From: Sedimentisphaerales bacterium
Lineage (GTDB): Bacteria; Planctomycetota; Phycisphaerae; Sedimentisphaerales; Anaerohalosphaeraceae
Assembly: GCA_016930745.1 (NCBI GenBank)
Contig: JAFGGE010000002.1
Coordinates: forward strand, 1,685-65,684
Length of the DNA stretch: 64,000 nt
Direction of reading: 5' to 3'
In this document: positions 38,187 through 47,321 of the stretch, piece by piece
How positions within the stretch are numbered: position 1 is the first letter of the stretch
Layout: each line of letters opens with the position of its first letter
The notes under the pieces: model-generated
Databases searched by the model: none
What the model was told of the DNA's origin: nothing
Seen by the model: only the letters and a program-made list of their open reading frames with translations
Translations under genes and position numbers: made by a program

Positions 38187-38642
38187 TCAGGCATGCTCCT
38201 TCGAAGTTGGGCTTGTCTTCTGTCTGACAACAAGGCAGTTGGTATGGTGTGACAGTACAACGACCTCCGTCCCTGCCTCAACAAAATCGCCCTCCGTCTG
38301 AGCATTGTACTTGTTGCCCTCAATTTCCACAAATCCCGATGGTCGTAACGATGTCAAACAGATTCCAACTTGATCGATCAAGGACAGATTGTTTGTTGGC
38401 ACGTTGTTAGGTGATACTCGGGGAGAACTACATTTGGGTAACGGGCAGAGAAGATTACAAATAAAATCCATAATAGCCATAAAAAAGTACCAATATACAC
38501 CACCGACGAAGACTGTCATCCAGGATTTTCCCATCAACGCAATTAGGCCCAATAAACCAAGTGCCGTCACTATGAATCCGACAACGGCGAGAAGATCAAT
38601 CGGCTCTCCCTTCTCATCTCTCTTAAAGATCTTCATTGCCAT
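38187..38642 (-). CDS. NfeD-family membrane protein
   Basis: Two or three N-terminal TM helices are followed by the C-terminal NfeD OB-fold pattern (GICLTSLRPSGFVEIEGNKYNAQTEGDFVEAGTEVVVL...LVV). No SPFH/stomatin partner gene is adjacent. Confidence 0.7.
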   Translation of the reverse strand: MAMKIFKRDEKGEPIDLLAVVGFIVTALGLLGLIALMGKSWMTVFVGGVYWYFFMAIMDFICNLLCPLPKCSSPRVSPNNVPTNNLSLIDQVGICLTSLRPSGFVEIEGNKYNAQTEGDFVEAGTEVVVLSHHTNCLVVRQKTSPTSKEHA

Positions 38643-38729
38643 ACCATCTCATAATAGATTCTTCACATAGATCAAAATATAGTATACTATCTTACTCGAA
38701 CTCGATCAATGACAAGGAAAGGCACCTTC

Positions 38730-39425
38730 ATGAAAAATAAACGTGTTGTGATTCTCAGCGGGCCCAGTTGCGTTGGCAAAGGGCCTTTACTGGCCGCCGT
38801 ACAAAGGCGCCATCCGCACATTGCATGGGTCCCCCTGATCCTTTCCACCAGCCGCAAGCCCCGCCTCAAGAAGCACAACAGCCAGTATGAAGTTCATGGA
38901 CGGGATTATTATTTCCTGCCCAGGGGACTCTTTGCGACCATGAATCCACAGCATTTTCTGGTGGCCGATGTCCGCAGCGTTGTCCAGGCAATCGATCTGG
39001 ACCTGCTGATGGAAATGCTTTCCGAACACGACCTGATCCTGGCCGAATTGCATACCACCTTAGGGAGAATGCTGAAGGATTGGATCGAAAAGAACCGGCC
39101 GGACGTGGAGGTGATTCGTATCTTTCTTACTCCCATGAGCGACGGCGAAATCCGGGAAAAAGCTCAAAAAGAAGGGAAAACCTGCGAAGAGACGGTGTAC
39201 GAAATCATGAAGGCCAAACTCCAGCGACGCGGCGAAGATGCCCCCGAAAAAATCGAGGACCGCGCCTCCCATGCCTGGGGCGAAATCCAGGCGGGCAAAG
39301 AATACGACCATATCCTCGTCAATCCCGTTGGCGAAGATGCCATCAATCAATGGTCCGACCCGTTGAGCCCGGAGGCGCAGCGAGTTATGCATGAGTTTGT
39401 CAAAATCCTATCGGAAAAATCGTAG
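38730..39425 (+). CDS. guanylate kinase-like P-loop kinase (divergent)
   Basis: It has a P-loop (VVILSGPSCVGKGPL) and a GMP-site-like STSRKPR...GRDYYFL segment with an insertion relative to the canonical TTRxxRxGExxGxDYxF. I prefer the ATG at 38730 (AAGGAAAGG upstream). The in-frame ATG at 38709 is an alternative. Confidence 0.55.
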   Translation: MKNKRVVILSGPSCVGKGPLLAAVQRRHPHIAWVPLILSTSRKPRLKKHNSQYEVHGRDYYFLPRGLFATMNPQHFLVADVRSVVQAIDLDLLMEMLSEHDLILAELHTTLGRMLKDWIEKNRPDVEVIRIFLTPMSDGEIREKAQKEGKTCEETVYEIMKAKLQRRGEDAPEKIEDRASHAWGEIQAGKEYDHILVNPVGEDAINQWSDPLSPEAQRVMHEFVKILSEKS

Positions 39426-39476
39426 CAGTATAAGAAGCCGAAAGCAGGGGAAAATGGGTTCGAAAGGAGGTGCGTA

Positions 39477-39740
39477 GTGATTATTATACGGATTGTTATC
39501 CTGGTTGCATTGATACGTCTGTTAACCGCGACGGAACAGCCGTTTCTTTGTGCGGGATTATATGCAGGTGTGCGGTGTCTGTTTGCCGTCGCTATCAACG
39601 GTCCCTCCTGGTCCATCCTGGTTTTCGGTGCAGTAGCTTTCCTTCTGGCAAGCCTCTATTTCTGGCTGCTGGACCGTTTCGATGAAACATTCTGGTGGTG
39701 GATTATCATGGTGGTCGGTTTTGGGATTGGCCTGGTTTAA
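39477..39740 (+). CDS. small three-TM membrane protein, unknown function
   Basis: The GTG start is preceded by a strong AGGAGG 6 nt upstream. The 87-aa product has three hydrophobic helices. Confidence 0.5.
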   Translation: MIIIRIVILVALIRLLTATEQPFLCAGLYAGVRCLFAVAINGPSWSILVFGAVAFLLASLYFWLLDRFDETFWWWIIMVVGFGIGLV

Positions 39741-39868
39741 GTCCGTCGAGAATCTTCGCTTATCACCAGAACCGTTGCGAATCGCCGCCGACTTTAGTAG
39801 AATAATAGAACCTATCGTTAGGCCCAACTGACGCAAAATATAGAACGATATAGAGAAAAGGAATAAGC

Positions 39869-41989
39869 ATGGGTAGTACACTGATTGGCATTCTGGCTTT
39901 TTGCCTTTTGTTGAATACGGCCGGGGCAGGCAATCCCGATATTTTAATCGCCGATTTTGAAGGCCGGACGTATGGCGATTGGCAAGTGGAAGGGCAAGCG
40001 TTCGGCCAGGGACCGGCACAGGGAACCCTCCCGAATCAAATGAACGTCAGCGGATTTCTCGGCAAGGGACTGGTCAATAGCTACACCCAAGGTGACGATT
40101 CCACCGGCGCATTGACCTCCCCTCTGTTTATCATTCAGCGAAACTATATCCATTTCCTCATCGGCGGCGGCATGCATCCCGGCAAGGCCTGCATCAACCT
40201 TTTTTTGGATGGGACCATCGTTCGTACTGCCACAGGTTCCAACGACCGTCCCGGCGGCAGCGAGGCCCTGGATTGGGCTACCTGGGATGTCTCTGATATG
40301 ATGGGCAAGACCGTCCGGATTCAGATCATCGATCAGCAAAAGGGGGGCTGGGGCCATATCAATATCGATCACATCATCCAGAGCAATGAGAAGATGGCGG
40401 CGGAAACAAGTCGGCAGATGCAGTTTACCAAACGATACCTGAACCTGCCGGTCAAAACCGGCGCTCCCAAACGACGAATGAAGGTCATTATCGACGGACA
40501 AACCGTGCGCGAGTTTGAAATCGAGCTGGCCGATGCCCAGCCGGATTTCTGGGTCTTTCTGGATCTGGCTCCGTTTCAGGGGAAGGATGCCGCCTTACAA
40601 GTCAACGCCCTAGGTCCTCAATCGAAAGCCCTCGAGCAGATCCACCAGGCGGACACCATCACCGGAACCGAAAATCTCTATCGTGAGAAGAACCGCCAGC
40701 AGTTTCACTTCTCCTCTCGCCGCGGCTGGAACAACGATTCCAACGGGCTCGTCTACTACAAAGGCGAATATCACCTCTATTACCAGCACAATCCCTACGG
40801 CTGGGACTGGGGCAATATGCACTGGGGCCACGCCGTAAGCACCGACCTGGTCCACTGGAAAGAACTGCCTATCGCGATCTATCCCCATCAATTCGGCGAC
40901 TGGGTCTTTTCCGGCAGCGCGGTTCTCGATAAAGACAACACCGCCGGCTTCAAGACTGGTGCTGAGGATGTCATTGTTGCCGCCTATACCAGCACGGGCC
41001 GGGGAGAGGTCGTCGCTTACAGCAATGACCGGGGCCGAACCTTCACCGATTACTCCGGCAATCCTGTCGTCAGGCACACCGGACGTGATCCGAAGGTCAT
41101 CTGGTACGAAAAGGGTCGTCACTGGGTCATGGCCCTCTACAGCGAAATCGACAATAAACGTACCATCGCCTTTTATGCCTCGCCCAACCTGAAAGATTGG
41201 CAATACCAAAGCCATATCGACGGCTTTTTCGAATGTCCGGAGATTTTCGAGCTTCCCGTCGATGGCGACAAAGGCAACACACGCTGGGTCTTGTATGCTG
41301 CCGACGGCAATTACCTTCTGGGCGACTTCGACGGCAAGACATTTACACCCGACGGCCCCCTGCACCCGTTTCAGTACGGCAACTGCTTCTACGCCTCACA
41401 GACCTACAACAACATTCCCGCATCGGATGGCCGCCGCATCCAGATCGCCTGGGGCCGCATCGCCACGCCTGGTATGCCTTTCAACCAGTGCATGCTTTTT
41501 CCTGTGGAGCTGACCTTACGGAATACGGAGGAAGGCATCCGCATGTTCGCCGAACCTGTCCGAGAGATCGAGACAATCCATGGTGACAAACACACATGGA
41601 AAAAGATGACGATTCAGGCAGGAGAAAGAATCCTGTCGGAATTGTCTGGCGACCTGTTCCACATCAAAGCCTCTATTCTGGTTGAAGAGGCAGAAGAATT
41701 CGGTTTCATTATTCGAGGCACGAGGGTGTCATATGATGTGAAAAACGCCGTATTGTCCTGCCGTGACAAGAAAGCTCCCTTCAAACCGACGGAAGGGAAG
41801 ATCCATCTGGAACTGCTCATCGACCGAAACAGTATTGAGATCTTTGCCAATAACGGCCGTGTCTACATACCTATCGGCGGCATCCTGCCGGAAAACGATA
41901 CAACCCTCCAGCTCTTCTCTTCTTCTGACGCCACTCGCATCGAATCCCTGGAAATCTGGCCGCTTCACTCCATCTGGGAACGTGATTGA
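39869..41989 (+). CDS. secreted GH32 beta-fructofuranosidase (levanase/inulinase-type) with an N-terminal lectin-like domain
   Basis: GH32 motifs are HFSSRRGWNNDSNGLVYYKGEYHLYYQHNPYGWDWGNMHWGHAVSTDLVHW (nucleophile block), RDPKV (RDP) and FFECPEIF (EC acid/base). They are preceded by a domain of about 250 aa (ADFEGRTYGDWQVEGQAFGQGPA...GGWGHINIDHI). Confidence 0.9.
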   Translation: MGSTLIGILAFCLLLNTAGAGNPDILIADFEGRTYGDWQVEGQAFGQGPAQGTLPNQMNVSGFLGKGLVNSYTQGDDSTGALTSPLFIIQRNYIHFLIGGGMHPGKACINLFLDGTIVRTATGSNDRPGGSEALDWATWDVSDMMGKTVRIQIIDQQKGGWGHINIDHIIQSNEKMAAETSRQMQFTKRYLNLPVKTGAPKRRMKVIIDGQTVREFEIELADAQPDFWVFLDLAPFQGKDAALQVNALGPQSKALEQIHQADTITGTENLYREKNRQQFHFSSRRGWNNDSNGLVYYKGEYHLYYQHNPYGWDWGNMHWGHAVSTDLVHWKELPIAIYPHQFGDWVFSGSAVLDKDNTAGFKTGAEDVIVAAYTSTGRGEVVAYSNDRGRTFTDYSGNPVVRHTGRDPKVIWYEKGRHWVMALYSEIDNKRTIAFYASPNLKDWQYQSHIDGFFECPEIFELPVDGDKGNTRWVLYAADGNYLLGDFDGKTFTPDGPLHPFQYGNCFYASQTYNNIPASDGRRIQIAWGRIATPGMPFNQCMLFPVELTLRNTEEGIRMFAEPVREIETIHGDKHTWKKMTIQAGERILSELSGDLFHIKASILVEEAEEFGFIIRGTRVSYDVKNAVLSCRDKKAPFKPTEGKIHLELLIDRNSIEIFANNGRVYIPIGGILPENDTTLQLFSSSDATRIESLEIWPLHSIWERD

Positions 41990-41997
41990 CTCAACTT

Positions 41998-42915
41998 CTA
42001 TAACTTGAGCTTAATGCCCTTTTCGCGAGCTTCCGCGGCCAGCTTCTTGAGCTGCTCCAGCGCCATCTCCAGTTCCTGGCTGCTGTCCAGAAGATTCTCA
42101 TACAGCCGTCCGTCGTTGAGCAGGCGAGCGGTCGTTCCATCCCCGTCCCGTACCCGCGATAAAAGGTCGCGCATGTCCCGCAATGTGGTGTTCAGGTCCT
42201 CGGCCACATTCTCAATGGCTACGGAGCCGGTGTCCGTAAAGCCCTGGATCGACGCCAGCGTATCCTTGGCCCGGGCCGTCGCATCCCGCAGGTTGGCCAG
42301 CGCGTCCTTGACGCTCTGTTTATTCTCATTATCCCCGACCACGTCGTTGGCGTTGTCGGCCAGCCGCTTGATCGAATCCATCAGCCCTTCCAATTTGAGC
42401 CGGGTCTCCTTCGGGAAAAACTCGCTGCTCATGCTCACCTCCCCTTTCAGGGGGGGCAGACCCTCGCACAGGTACATGCTGTTGGGATTGCTTGACATCA
42501 GCAAAACCGGCTCGCGCTGCGGATCGACCTGAAGCTCGATAAAACTGCTGCCCATCGACCGCTTCATCACGACGATTTCGGTATTGGACGGGATCGTGCG
42601 ATATTCCTTATCGATGGCCAATGTGACCGTCACTTTATGGTGTGGCTGGCCGGTATCACGGTCCTCTACGGTCTCCGGCGCCATGACATGAATCACCTTG
42701 CCTACCTGATAGCCGCAGTAGTAAACCGGGGTGTTTTGCTGAATCCCCGGGGCGCTGGGAAACTCGACAATGACGGTAAAGGAATTCATCCGCGCCACTG
42801 CTACGGGCAACTCGCCGAATAAGTACACCATACCCAGAAAGCCTGCAAAGGCAATTACCACAAACGCCCCGACCACCACATTGCGACGCCGTTGTGCCGT
42901 ATTATAATCAACCAT
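41998..42915 (-). CDS. MlaD/MCE-domain protein
   Basis: An N-terminal TM anchor is followed by an MCE fold (FTVIVEFPSAPGIQQNTPVYYCGYQVGKV) and a C-terminal coiled-coil. No mlaE or mlaF is adjacent. Confidence 0.75.
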   Translation of the reverse strand: MVDYNTAQRRRNVVVGAFVVIAFAGFLGMVYLFGELPVAVARMNSFTVIVEFPSAPGIQQNTPVYYCGYQVGKVIHVMAPETVEDRDTGQPHHKVTVTLAIDKEYRTIPSNTEIVVMKRSMGSSFIELQVDPQREPVLLMSSNPNSMYLCEGLPPLKGEVSMSSEFFPKETRLKLEGLMDSIKRLADNANDVVGDNENKQSVKDALANLRDATARAKDTLASIQGFTDTGSVAIENVAEDLNTTLRDMRDLLSRVRDGDGTTARLLNDGRLYENLLDSSQELEMALEQLKKLAAEAREKGIKLKL

Positions 42916-43207
42916 GCTCCGTTCCCTTTTTGCTCAGCCGACCTTCAAACAACTCCCGGATACCCCGCAGCGTATATCCGCTCTTGTTAAGACTTCGAAT
43001 CAGTTTGATCCGGTCCACCGCTGCGTCATCGAAGAGGCGATGTCCGCCGGCTGTAACTTGCGTCGGCTCGACTAATCCCAGCATTAGATAGTATTGTACG
43101 CTCTGGCGGCTGACGCCGGCTTTTTTAGCGGCCGCCCCAATTTGCATCAGTTCCTTCTTCGCCACCGATTGTTTCTTTGCCTCCCTTGCGCAATCCCTGG
43201 GCTTCAT
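42908..43207 (-). CDS. MerR-family HTH transcriptional regulator (short)
   Basis: [28 protein letters not shown]...[20 protein letters not shown] is the MerR N-terminal HTH plus wing. The start overlaps the rnpA stop (ATGA). Confidence 0.8.
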   Translation of the reverse strand: MKPRDCAREAKKQSVAKKELMQIGAAAKKAGVSRQSVQYYLMLGLVEPTQVTAGGHRLFDDAAVDRIKLIRSLNKSGYTLRGIRELFEGRLSKKGTEHG

Positions 43208-43638
43208 TGCCCGCCTTCTGCCGAATTTCCCTGCTGGATGCGATCCAGTCGCTTTGCCGCTCGTGCGGTCAGTTCCAACAGCCAGCGCCGCATACGGTCA
43301 TACGTTAAGCCGTGATAAGGACCGTACTTAGGCGGATTTTCCGATGTTGCTTTTTTCGGCGATTTTACCGTGAAGATTAAGAAATAGTCCCTGCCGGATG
43401 GCAGATTGTTCTGTTCCCGACGAAAGGACTCCCGGGCCAGTCGCTTGAGGCGATTTCGGGCCACAGACGAACCGCAGCGTTTGGGAACGGAAACACCGAA
43501 GCGAGGGTAGCCCAACTGATTTTCAGCGACATAAAGACGAGCTAAACCATTGTCCGAACAGCATTTGCATGCGAGAATCCGGCGAATATCGCTGTTTTTG
43601 GCCAGCCGCAGTCGTTTATGGAAAGCAAATCGTTTCAA
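43204..43638 (-). CDS. rnpA: ribonuclease P protein component
   Basis: [30 protein letters not shown] is the RNR motif region of RnpA. There is a C-terminal extension of about 40 aa. Confidence 0.8.
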   Translation of the reverse strand: MKRFAFHKRLRLAKNSDIRRILACKCCSDNGLARLYVAENQLGYPRFGVSVPKRCGSSVARNRLKRLARESFRREQNNLPSGRDYFLIFTVKSPKKATSENPPKYGPYHGLTYDRMRRWLLELTARAAKRLDRIQQGNSAEGGQ

Positions 43639-43785
43639 GACTTTAAGTCCTATATCAATAAGGCTTTATAGCATCCTCTTCTCATATCGGTTCGCCAGGG
43701 GCGGCGGGCTTACCGATTCTCCGGGATGGTGCGAAAATCCCAGAACATCATGGGATTATTGATGATACCCCAAAAGCAGCGCATT

Positions 43786-43793
43786 TGTATAAT
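43786..43793 (+). promoter_or_regulatory. extended -10 promoter element (TGTATAAT) upstream of mscL
   Basis: TGnTATAAT lies about 72 nt upstream of the mscL ATG. It is bracketed by the direct repeats TACCCCAAAAGCAG and TACCCAAAAGCAG. Confidence 0.35.
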
Positions 43794-43865
43794 ACCCAAA
43801 AGCAGGAATCCATTCATTGGAAATAAAAAGGTTTTCGGAAAACCATAATTTGGAAAGGGGATAGA

Positions 43866-44282
43866 ATGAGTCTGCTAAAGGAGTTCAAGGCGTTTGCCAT
43901 GCGAGGCAATGTAGTGGACATGGCCGTGGGTATTATTATCGGGGGGGCCTTCGGCAAGATTGTCGCCTCGCTGGTCAATGATGTCATCATGCCTCCAATC
44001 GGCATGCTTCTGGGGAATATGGATTTTTCCCAGTTGGCGATTGTTTTAAAGAAAGAAAGCGTCGACGCCGCCGGCAATGCCGTTCCTGCCGTTACCATCG
44101 GGTATGGCATGTTCATCAATACGGTTATCAATTTCCTGATCGTAGCGATTGCCATATTCATGATGATCAAGGCCATGAATTCGCTGAAGAAGAAGGAAGA
44201 GGCCGCTCCCGCTGCGCCCCCGGCGCCCTCGGCCGAAGAAAAGCTCCTGACGGAGATTCGGGATATCCTGAAAACCCAATGA
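43866..44282 (+). CDS. mscL: large-conductance mechanosensitive channel
   Basis: [46 protein letters not shown] is a near-canonical MscL N-terminus. Confidence 0.95.
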   Translation: MSLLKEFKAFAMRGNVVDMAVGIIIGGAFGKIVASLVNDVIMPPIGMLLGNMDFSQLAIVLKKESVDAAGNAVPAVTIGYGMFINTVINFLIVAIAIFMMIKAMNSLKKKEEAAPAAPPAPSAEEKLLTEIRDILKTQ

Positions 44283-44315
44283 GCATGGAATTCAGAGGGC
44301 AAAGGAACCGTCGCT

Positions 44316-44699
44316 TCAGGGAAGGGCGGTTTTTCGTCTGACGAATTGCAGAACCAATCCCCATGGATCACGCAGAACGACCATGTGGGAGCCATCTTCA
44401 ATTGTGCCATCGGAAATAAGTGTAGCTCCGGCGGTCAGGAGTTTGTCTTTTACGGCAGTGGGATCGGCAACCGCAAAAGCGATATGGAATCGAAGCGGAT
44501 GCTGTTGTGCATAAACGGGAATTGGATCGTTGGGATTAGTGTATATTTCAAGGATTGTCCGGTCGGAGGTATCTGTAAGGAAATGGGCGTAGGGCGGTTC
44601 ATTCATGGATCGGATGGCCTTCATGTCCAGATGTTGCATATACCATTTTGCCATGGCTGAAGCATCCGGCACATTGATACCAACATGCTCAAATCTCAT
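44316..44699 (-). CDS. VOC/glyoxalase-family protein
   Basis: MRFEHVGINVPD...HIAF...VVLRDPWG shows the paired beta-alpha-beta-beta-beta pattern. The start overlaps the trpA stop by 4 nt. Confidence 0.75.
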   Translation of the reverse strand: MRFEHVGINVPDASAMAKWYMQHLDMKAIRSMNEPPYAHFLTDTSDRTILEIYTNPNDPIPVYAQQHPLRFHIAFAVADPTAVKDKLLTAGATLISDGTIEDGSHMVVLRDPWGLVLQFVRRKTALP

Positions 44700-45487
44700 T
44701 GCAACACCTCATAGACACTTGTGATAAAATCGGCAAGCTCGGTTTTCATTACGGATGGATTGCCAAGGTTATCCTCGATGATTTTTACGATTCGCGATCC
44801 GATGATCACGCCATCGGCCCCTGCCTCGGCGACGTCTCTGGCCTGGGCAGGGCCGCTGATGCCAAAACCCACACAAACGGGTATATCTGTGATTGTCTTG
44901 AGCTTATGAATAAGCGGTTTCACCGTGTCCGAGAGCGTATCCCGGGCCCCGGTCACACCGAGCGTGGAAACGGTATAAATAAAACCGGTGGTCGTTTCGG
45001 CGATGCGCCGTATGCGATCTTCGACGGTGACGGGAGTTGCCATAAATACCGTCTCCAGACCGACGGCCCATGCAGGACCAAGAATCTCATCCGCGTCGTC
45101 GATACTCAGATCGGCGATCAGCACCGATGAGCCGCCGACCGCTTTGAAATCGGCAAAAAACCTTTTGATTCCATACTGCCAGACAAGGTTATAGTAAACC
45201 AAAAGACCGACAGGAACGGATTTATATGCCGTAACCCTGCCGATGAATTCCAGGGCCTTTTGCGGCGTCATGCCCCCAGCCAAAGCGCGGATGTCCGCTT
45301 TCTGGATCGTGGGGCCGTCGGCGATGGGATCGGAGAAGGGGATGCCCAGCTCGAGGATGTCGGCCCCGGCGTCAAGGGCGGTCTTGACAAGATCCAGACT
45401 GGTGTCGCTATCGGGATCGCCGATAACAAAGAAGGGAATTAGGGCGGCCCGATGAAGTCTGCTGAAAGTTTCTTTGTATGTGGTCAT
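44696..45487 (-). CDS. trpA: tryptophan synthase alpha chain
   Basis: Motifs are ALIPFFVIGDPD...ADILELGIPFSDPIADGPTIQ and GFGISGP. Confidence 0.95.
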   Translation of the reverse strand: MTTYKETFSRLHRAALIPFFVIGDPDSDTSLDLVKTALDAGADILELGIPFSDPIADGPTIQKADIRALAGGMTPQKALEFIGRVTAYKSVPVGLLVYYNLVWQYGIKRFFADFKAVGGSSVLIADLSIDDADEILGPAWAVGLETVFMATPVTVEDRIRRIAETTTGFIYTVSTLGVTGARDTLSDTVKPLIHKLKTITDIPVCVGFGISGPAQARDVAEAGADGVIIGSRIVKIIEDNLGNPSVMKTELADFITSVYEVLQ

Positions 45488-45496
45488 GTGGGTTCC

Positions 45497-46678
45497 TTAT
45501 TCCAGCGGTCGGTGCGATTCGACGATATCCACGTCCTTGTCGCCCCGGCCGGACAGATTCGCGACAACGTTGGTTTCACGGGGCAGTTTTCCTTTCATGC
45601 TCATCAGCCAGGCCAGGGCATGGGAGCTCTCCAGGGCGGGGATAATCCCTTCCGTGCGGATCAGGGCGGCAAAGGCGTCCAGTACGGATTCGTCGTCGGC
45701 GCTGACATATTCGGCCCGGCCGGTTTCTTTAAGATAAGCGTGTTCGGGACCGACGCCCGGATAGTCCAGGCCGGCGCTGATGCATTCGGTCTCGCGAATC
45801 TGACCGTTCTCGTCCTGGAGAACATACGTTTGTGCCCCATGAAGAACACCCACCGATCCGGCGACAAGGGTAGCGCAATGCTCGTGGGTATCGAGTCCTT
45901 TACCGCCTCCCTCTACACCGATCAGTCGCACCTGCGCATCAGCCTGGAAACCGGAGAAGATGCCGATCGCGTTGGAGCCGCCGCCGACACAGGCCGTGAC
46001 GATATCGGGAAGCCGGCCTATCTGATCGAGACATTGCTGTCGGGCTTCCATGCCGATGGGACTTTGAAAATGTTTGACGATTATTGGGTAAGGATGCGGT
46101 CCTCCGGCGGTGCCGAACAGGTAAAACGTGTCGTCGACATGAGCCGTCCAGTATCGCAGGGCGTCGTTTATGGCGTCCTTGAGCGTGCCGGTGCCGCCTT
46201 CGACGGGAATGACTTCCGCTCCGCAAAGCTTCATTTTATGTACATTGACATTCTGCCGGGCGACATCGGTTGTGCCCATAAAAATCCTGGTTTCCATCCC
46301 GAATAAGGCCCCGATCATGGCTGTAGCCAGTCCGTGCTGGCCGGCTCCGGTCTCGGCGATAAGCTTGGTTTTACCCATATAGCGGGCCAACAAACCCTGA
46401 CCGAGCGTATTGTTCATCTTATGGGCCCCGCCATGAAGCAGGTCTTCCCGCTTGAGATAAACGTTAAAACCGACCTGTTCGCTAAACCGTTTGGCGTGAT
46501 AAAGCGGTGTAGGCCGGCCGGCATAATAGCGATACAATCCATCCAGTTCAAAGGAAAACCGGGGATCGTCCTTCCAACGATCAAAGGCGGCCTCGATCTC
46601 TTCCAGGGCCGGAATGAGCACCTCCGGTACGTAAAAACCGCCGAATGTTCCAAATCTGCCTTTATGTTTCATGGCCAA
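45497..46678 (-). CDS. trpB: tryptophan synthase beta chain
   Basis: Motifs are [29 protein letters not shown] (PLP lysine) and GGGSNAIG. Confidence 0.95.
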   Translation of the reverse strand: MAMKHKGRFGTFGGFYVPEVLIPALEEIEAAFDRWKDDPRFSFELDGLYRYYAGRPTPLYHAKRFSEQVGFNVYLKREDLLHGGAHKMNNTLGQGLLARYMGKTKLIAETGAGQHGLATAMIGALFGMETRIFMGTTDVARQNVNVHKMKLCGAEVIPVEGGTGTLKDAINDALRYWTAHVDDTFYLFGTAGGPHPYPIIVKHFQSPIGMEARQQCLDQIGRLPDIVTACVGGGSNAIGIFSGFQADAQVRLIGVEGGGKGLDTHEHCATLVAGSVGVLHGAQTYVLQDENGQIRETECISAGLDYPGVGPEHAYLKETGRAEYVSADDESVLDAFAALIRTEGIIPALESSHALAWLMSMKGKLPRETNVVANLSGRGDKDVDIVESHRPLE

Positions 46679-46680
46679 CC

Positions 46681-47310
46681 TTAATGGATCAGATGCTTGA
46701 TGTTTTCAAACAATTGCTTCATTTTTCGATGATCTTTACGACCTGGTTCGGACTCGATACCGCTGCATACATCGATCGCAAATACCCCGGTTTCAACCGC
46801 CCGCGCGGCGTTGTCGGGCGTGACGCCTCCGGCCAGAAAAAAACGGTAGTATTCATGGTCGATCCAATCCCAGTCAAACCGCTCGCCCGTACCTCCGTAG
46901 AGATCCGATCGGTAGCAGTCCAGCAGAATCGCATCGGTTCGATACCGTTGGGCCTCTTGCAGGTCTTCCTTGTTTCGTAGGCGCAACGCCTTGATCGTTT
47001 TGGCATGCAGCCAGGTCAGAGAGTTGCAGAATTCGGGGGTCTCGTCGCCGTGGAGCTGAATCCAGTTGAGAAAACCGATCTCGGATATTTCTCCGATCGT
47101 CTCCTCGGTCGGATTGACCAGGATGCCCGCGGTGTCAACGTAGGTGGGAATCTGGTTGATGATGTCCAGGGCGTCGGCGATTTCGATGTAGCGGGGGCTG
47201 CGCGGATAGAAATTAAATCCCAGGATATCGGCGCCCATATCGACGGCGGCCAGCGCATCAGGCTGATTGGTGATCCCGCAAATCTTGACTTTTATCGACA
47301 ACATCGACAC
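46681..47310 (-). CDS. trpF: phosphoribosylanthranilate isomerase
   Basis: The motif is [36 protein letters not shown]. Length is 209 aa. Confidence 0.9.
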   Translation of the reverse strand: MSMLSIKVKICGITNQPDALAAVDMGADILGFNFYPRSPRYIEIADALDIINQIPTYVDTAGILVNPTEETIGEISEIGFLNWIQLHGDETPEFCNSLTWLHAKTIKALRLRNKEDLQEAQRYRTDAILLDCYRSDLYGGTGERFDWDWIDHEYYRFFLAGGVTPDNAARAVETGVFAIDVCSGIESEPGRKDHRKMKQLFENIKHLIH

Positions 47311-47321
47311 CCGTTCTGTCC

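Noticed and set aside
43639-43865. Searched both strands for rpmH (ribosomal protein L34), which is expected upstream of rnpA.
   Set aside because: No short Arg/Lys-rich ORF is present. The region looks like a divergent promoter region for rnpA and mscL.
44295-44335. Weak hairpin plus T-run (AACCG...CGGTTTTT) between the convergent mscL and VOC genes, as a possible bidirectional terminator.
   Set aside because: The stem is only about 5 bp and overlaps the VOC stop codon, which is too weak to annotate.
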